From assembly GCA_038231275.1 (NCBI GenBank), contig JBBRLQ010000011.1, forward strand, positions 128,001-192,000: a stretch of DNA of 64,000 nucleotides, read 5' to 3'. This document shows positions 60,224 through 64,000 of the stretch, in pieces; the stretch's first letter is position 1, and each line of letters begins with the position of its first letter. Made by a program: the position numbers and the translations under genes. Origin of the DNA: Polyangiales bacterium. Its GTDB lineage: Bacteria > Myxococcota_A > Polyangia > Polyangiales > Polyangiaceae. The notes below the pieces were generated by a model. The model had not been told where the DNA came from. It searched no databases and saw only the letters and a program-made list of their open reading frames with translations.

Positions 60224-63200
60224 TTGGCGACACCCTTTCAGGACGCGCTCTCGACGCTGAACGACCGCTCCCTGCGGCGCTTGCTGGGCGCGCGCGCGTT
60301 TTTGCGCGGCTACGACTACGTCCGAAGGCACGCGGTGGACGGGGTGTCCCTCGAGGAGACCAGCGCCAAGGCGCTCGTGCGGGGCAGCGAACCGGAGCCG
60401 TATCAGGTCGGGCTTCAGCTGACCCCCAGCGGGTTCTCGTCGACCTGCACGTGCCCGGCGTTCTCGAAGATCAACGGGCACTGCAAGCACGTCGCGGCGC
60501 TGCTCATCGCGCTGCGCGACCAGTCGCGTGGTCCTTCGCCACGCCCACAAACGCCACAGCACCCCGCGCCATTGCCGCCGGGCTTTTCGGGTTTTTCGGA
60601 CGGCGCGCGCGCGCGCTCGCACGTGCAAGGGGAAGGATCGGGCTCACCGATGCAGAACGGGTACTCCGCGGGAGGGGACATGGACGGCGCAGGCGGCAGC
60701 AGCCGGCGCAAGCGTCGCGCGCAGCGGGCGATGAAGATGCTCCAGCAGCGCGGCGGATCGCAGGGCGGCCACGGCGGGGGCCAAGGAGGCCAAGGAGGGC
60801 ACGGAGGCCAGCAAGGCGGTCACGGGCCGCGCCCCTACGTGCCTGGCACCGTGCCCACGGGCGTCGATGCGTGGCTCCCCGAGCCGCTCCCGAAGGTCCC
60901 CAAGCAGATCGAATACCGCCTCCAAGCCAAGTCCGGCGCGCTCACGATCACGCTGCTCGATCCCGACAACCGCACGCCGCTGCTCCCGAGCGCGCTGCTC
61001 GCGTCGCAAGGCGAGAAGCCCAGCGCCGATCGCGAGGCCATCCGCCTCCTCGCGCGTTTGGAGAACGAGGGCCCGCGCCGCGTCGGCATCGAGGTACGCG
61101 GAGAGGACGCCGCGGATCTGCTCCCGCACCTGAAGGGTCGCCGTGTCATCGTCGAGCCCCAGATGATGGAGCTCCGCTTCGGCGACGAGCCGCTTCGTCC
61201 GCGCTTCGATCTCGAGCTCTCGCCCGACGGCCAGCACGTGATGGTCAAGTCGAGCTTCCAGCGCGCCGGCGATCCGCGAAAATTCACGATGGCGCACGGC
61301 GCGTGGTTCGAGGGAAGCCCCGGCTGGTACGTCGATCCGCAAGAGGGCGTCGCGCGTCCGATCGATCGCCGCGTCTCTCCCGCCGCCGTTCGGCGCTTGT
61401 CGCGCGCGCCGTTCATCCACGAGCCGATCGACAACCTCCCCGCGCTCATCGCGTCGGGTCTCCCGAAGGTGGCCCTCGAGGTCGGCGCCGAGCTGCCCGA
61501 GCTCTCGCAGGTCGCGGACGTCGTCGATCTCGTGCCGACCTTCCGCATGCGCGCCGGCGGCACGCTCACCGAAGCCCGCGTCGCCCTCCGCGCCGCGTAC
61601 GAGGACATCGAGCTCGACGTCCGCGCCGATGGCATGACGCCCCCGGTCATCGTGAAGCCCCCCGAGGAGGGCTCGACGAAGCGCGCACGATGCATCCGTT
61701 GCGACATCGCCGCCCAACAAGAAGCGGCCGGCAAGCTCCGCGACCTGGGGCTCGTCCCCGACGAGGACGGCAACAACTTCCTGGCGCGCGGCGACGACGC
61801 GATCCAGTTCTGGACGGAGGGCATCGGCGAGCTGCCGGAGGACTGGGATCTCTTCGTCCCCGACGATCTCGTCGACGTGCAGGTCCGCGGCGAGGCGCTG
61901 AACGCCAACGCGCGCGTATCGAGCGGCATGGACTGGCTGAGCCTCCGCCTCTCGTTCGAGAGCGAGGGCATCGCCGTCACGCAAGAGGAGCTCGGCAAAT
62001 GCCTCGCCGAGGGGCGCCGCTACGTGCGCCTCGCCGACGGGAGCTTCGCGCGACTCGACGCCGCGAAGGTCCGCGAGGTGCTCAATCGCCAGGCGGAGAT
62101 CCTGGCGACCGGCGGAGGGCTGGGGAGCAAGCTGCCGCTCTCGCAGGCGGGGCGCCTCCAGGAATTGCTCGAGGCGGTCGGCCGCGCCACCGTCTCCGAC
62201 AGCGCCAAGGAGCTCTTCACGAAGCTCCGCGACATCGACGAGATCAAGGGCATCAAAAAGCCGCGGAACCTGAAGGCCACCCTACGCCCCTATCAGGAGC
62301 AGGGCTTCCAATGGCTCTGGTTTTTGAACGAAATCGGCTCCGGCGGAATCCTCGCCGACGACATGGGTCTCGGAAAGACCGTGCAGACCCTCGCGCTCCT
62401 CCTCGCGATCAAGAACGCGGAGAAGGACGGCGCGCCGAAGGACAAGAACGGTCTACCCCGCAAATTCCAGGCGCTCATCGTCGCGCCCACGTCGGTCGTC
62501 ACCAACTGGCTGCGCGAGATGGATAAGTTCGCGCCGTCGCTCAAGCACGCGCTCTGGCACGGCGCGGAGCGCAAAGAGCGGCAGGACGAGCTCGAGGACG
62601 CGGACGTCATCGTCACGAGCTACGCGCTCCTCCGCCGCGACGAGGAGCTGCTCGCCAAACTGGACTTGCGGTACGCGATCCTCGACGAGGCGCAGAACAT
62701 CAAGAACCCGCTCTCGGCCACCGCGCGCGCCGCCAAGCGTCTCAAGGCGGACCGAAGGCTCGCCCTCTCGGGCACTCCTATCGAAAATCGCCTGAGCGAG
62801 ATCTGGTCGATCTTCGACTTCGTGAGCCCCGGCCTCCTCGGCCCGCTCGACAAGTTCGAGGAGCGCTACGCGCGTCCCATCGACAACGGCGATCAGAAGG
62901 CCGCCACGCGCCTCCGCGCGACGATCCATCCGTTCATCTTGCGCCGCACGAAGAGCGAGGTCGCCAAGGATCTCCCGGAGAAGATCGAGACCGATCAGTT
63001 CTGCGAGCTCGCGGGCGAGCAAGGCGCGCTCTACGCCGCCGTCCTCAAGGAGGTCCGCGCGCAGGTCCTGGGCGAGGTCGAGCGGCAGGGCATCGGTAAG
63101 AGCCACATCCAGATTCTGGCCGGCCTCACGCGCCTTCGTCAGGCGGCGTGCGATCCGCGCCTCCTCGGCCTGCCGCGCCAGTTCGGCGACGACGACAGCG

Positions 63201-63712
63201 GGAAGCTACAAGCGTTTCGCGAGCTCATCGCCACCAGCGTCGCCGGTGGCCACAAGGTCCTCGTCTTCAGCCAGTTCGTCTCGATGCTGACGATCATCCG
63301 GCGCGCGATGGAAGAGGACAAGGTCGCCTACGAGTACTTGGACGGCTCCACCAAGGATCGCCAGGAGCGCGTCGAGAATTTCCAGAGCGACGACGGGCCT
63401 CCCGTCTTCCTCATTTCGCTCAAAGCGGGAGGCAGCGGACTCAACCTGACCGCCGCCGACACGGTCATCCACTTCGACCCGTGGTGGAACCCGGCGGTCG
63501 AGGACCAGGCGACCGATCGCGCGCACCGCATCGGCCAGACCAAGGTCGTCACCACCTACCGCCTCATCGCCAAGGGCACGATCGAGGAGAAGATCATCGA
63601 GCTCGGCGGCAAGAAGCGGGAGCTCGTGGGGGCGGTTCTCAGCGAGGATCTCGGCGGCGCCAAGAAGCTCACGCGCCAGGATCTCGACGATCTTTTCAAG
63701 TTCGACGATTGA
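60224..63712 (+). CDS. SWIM zinc-finger SNF2-family helicase/ATPase
   Basis: CTC...CKH SWIM; LRPYQ, LADDMGLGKT, LDEAQ, SGTPIEN, FSQF, SLKAGGSGLNLT, QATDRAHRIGQ. Confidence 0.95.
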   Translation: MATPFQDALSTLNDRSLRRLLGARAFLRGYDYVRRHAVDGVSLEETSAKALVRGSEPEPYQVGLQLTPSGFSSTCTCPAFSKINGHCKHVAALLIALRDQSRGPSPRPQTPQHPAPLPPGFSGFSDGARARSHVQGEGSGSPMQNGYSAGGDMDGAGGSSRRKRRAQRAMKMLQQRGGSQGGHGGGQGGQGGHGGQQGGHGPRPYVPGTVPTGVDAWLPEPLPKVPKQIEYRLQAKSGALTITLLDPDNRTPLLPSALLASQGEKPSADREAIRLLARLENEGPRRVGIEVRGEDAADLLPHLKGRRVIVEPQMMELRFGDEPLRPRFDLELSPDGQHVMVKSSFQRAGDPRKFTMAHGAWFEGSPGWYVDPQEGVARPIDRRVSPAAVRRLSRAPFIHEPIDNLPALIASGLPKVALEVGAELPELSQVADVVDLVPTFRMRAGGTLTEARVALRAAYEDIELDVRADGMTPPVIVKPPEEGSTKRARCIRCDIAAQQEAAGKLRDLGLVPDEDGNNFLARGDDAIQFWTEGIGELPEDWDLFVPDDLVDVQVRGEALNANARVSSGMDWLSLRLSFESEGIAVTQEELGKCLAEGRRYVRLADGSFARLDAAKVREVLNRQAEILATGGGLGSKLPLSQAGRLQELLEAVGRATVSDSAKELFTKLRDIDEIKGIKKPRNLKATLRPYQEQGFQWLWFLNEIGSGGILADDMGLGKTVQTLALLLAIKNAEKDGAPKDKNGLPRKFQALIVAPTSVVTNWLREMDKFAPSLKHALWHGAERKERQDELEDADVIVTSYALLRRDEELLAKLDLRYAILDEAQNIKNPLSATARAAKRLKADRRLALSGTPIENRLSEIWSIFDFVSPGLLGPLDKFEERYARPIDNGDQKAATRLRATIHPFILRRTKSEVAKDLPEKIETDQFCELAGEQGALYAAVLKEVRAQVLGEVERQGIGKSHIQILAGLTRLRQAACDPRLLGLPRQFGDDDSGKLQAFRELIATSVAGGHKVLVFSQFVSMLTIIRRAMEEDKVAYEYLDGSTKDRQERVENFQSDDGPPVFLISLKAGGSGLNLTAADTVIHFDPWWNPAVEDQATDRAHRIGQTKVVTTYRLIAKGTIEEKIIELGGKKRELVGAVLSEDLGGAKKLTRQDLDDLFKFDD

Positions 63713-63744
63713 GTGGAGCGCGGGCAAGCGTGTAGTCTGCCGGG

Positions 63745-64000
63745 ATGATTTGGCTGTCCAACTCCACGCTCGCGCGCCTCCGTGATCAGCTCCGCACGAA
63801 GGGGCAGCGCCCAAGCGTCGTCGCGCCCTCGCCCGCGATGTCGCCCGACGCGGTCGAGATGATGCAGATCCTCGCCGAGTACGGGCCGCTGTGCGAGGCG
63901 ATGTACCTGATGATGAGCGCCGACGGGAAGGTCACCAACGACGAGCGCGAGGTCCTGAAGGGCGCGCTTCGCAACTTGTCGGCGGACGGCCTTCGCTCCG
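63745..64000 (+). CDS. TerB-family (tellurite-resistance-like) protein, 3'-truncated by window edge
   Basis: MIWLSNST...EAMYLMMSADGKVTNDEREVL (ADG...E motif); TAGTCT 6 nt before ATG. Confidence 0.7.
   Translation, partial: MIWLSNSTLARLRDQLRTKGQRPSVVAPSPAMSPDAVEMMQILAEYGPLCEAMYLMMSADGKVTNDEREVLKGALRNLSADGLRS

Overview
A very GC-rich, gene-dense bacterial window of about 60 CDS. It is most likely chromosomal DNA of a myxobacterium (Myxococcota, Polyangiaceae/Labilithrix-like), inferred from the many Cys-rich lipoproteins with DAG/DSG linkers, MYXO-CTERM-like tails, an FHA-sigma54 activator and a DUF4388-like protein. Housekeeping genes (dnaE, pyrF, rlmB, purU, coaE, a pabB/trpE-family gene, a SWIM-SNF2 helicase) are interleaved with accessory loci. 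I found no rRNA, tRNA, CRISPR array or transposase. Most notable: (1) an 8-gene minus-strand operon (59811->52605) joining a trypsin-like lipoprotein protease and an orphan T3SS ring lipoprotein (SctJ/YscJ) to an Mla/Mce transporter with two MlaE permeases and two MlaF ATPases whose motif losses are complementary (one live and one dead ATP site); (2) a compact type II PKS/FAS-like cluster with an ACP, two single-chain KS-CLF fusions and a lipoprotein; (3) a class II glutamine amidotransferase lacking Cys1 and the oxyanion Asn; (4) recurrent leaderless-type TANNNT promoters, plus sigma54-type promoters almost abutting the start codons of secreted proteins; (5) an unlisted 56-aa membrane ORF and two structured intergenic regions. 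All family assignments come from motif recognition by eye; no database searches were run.
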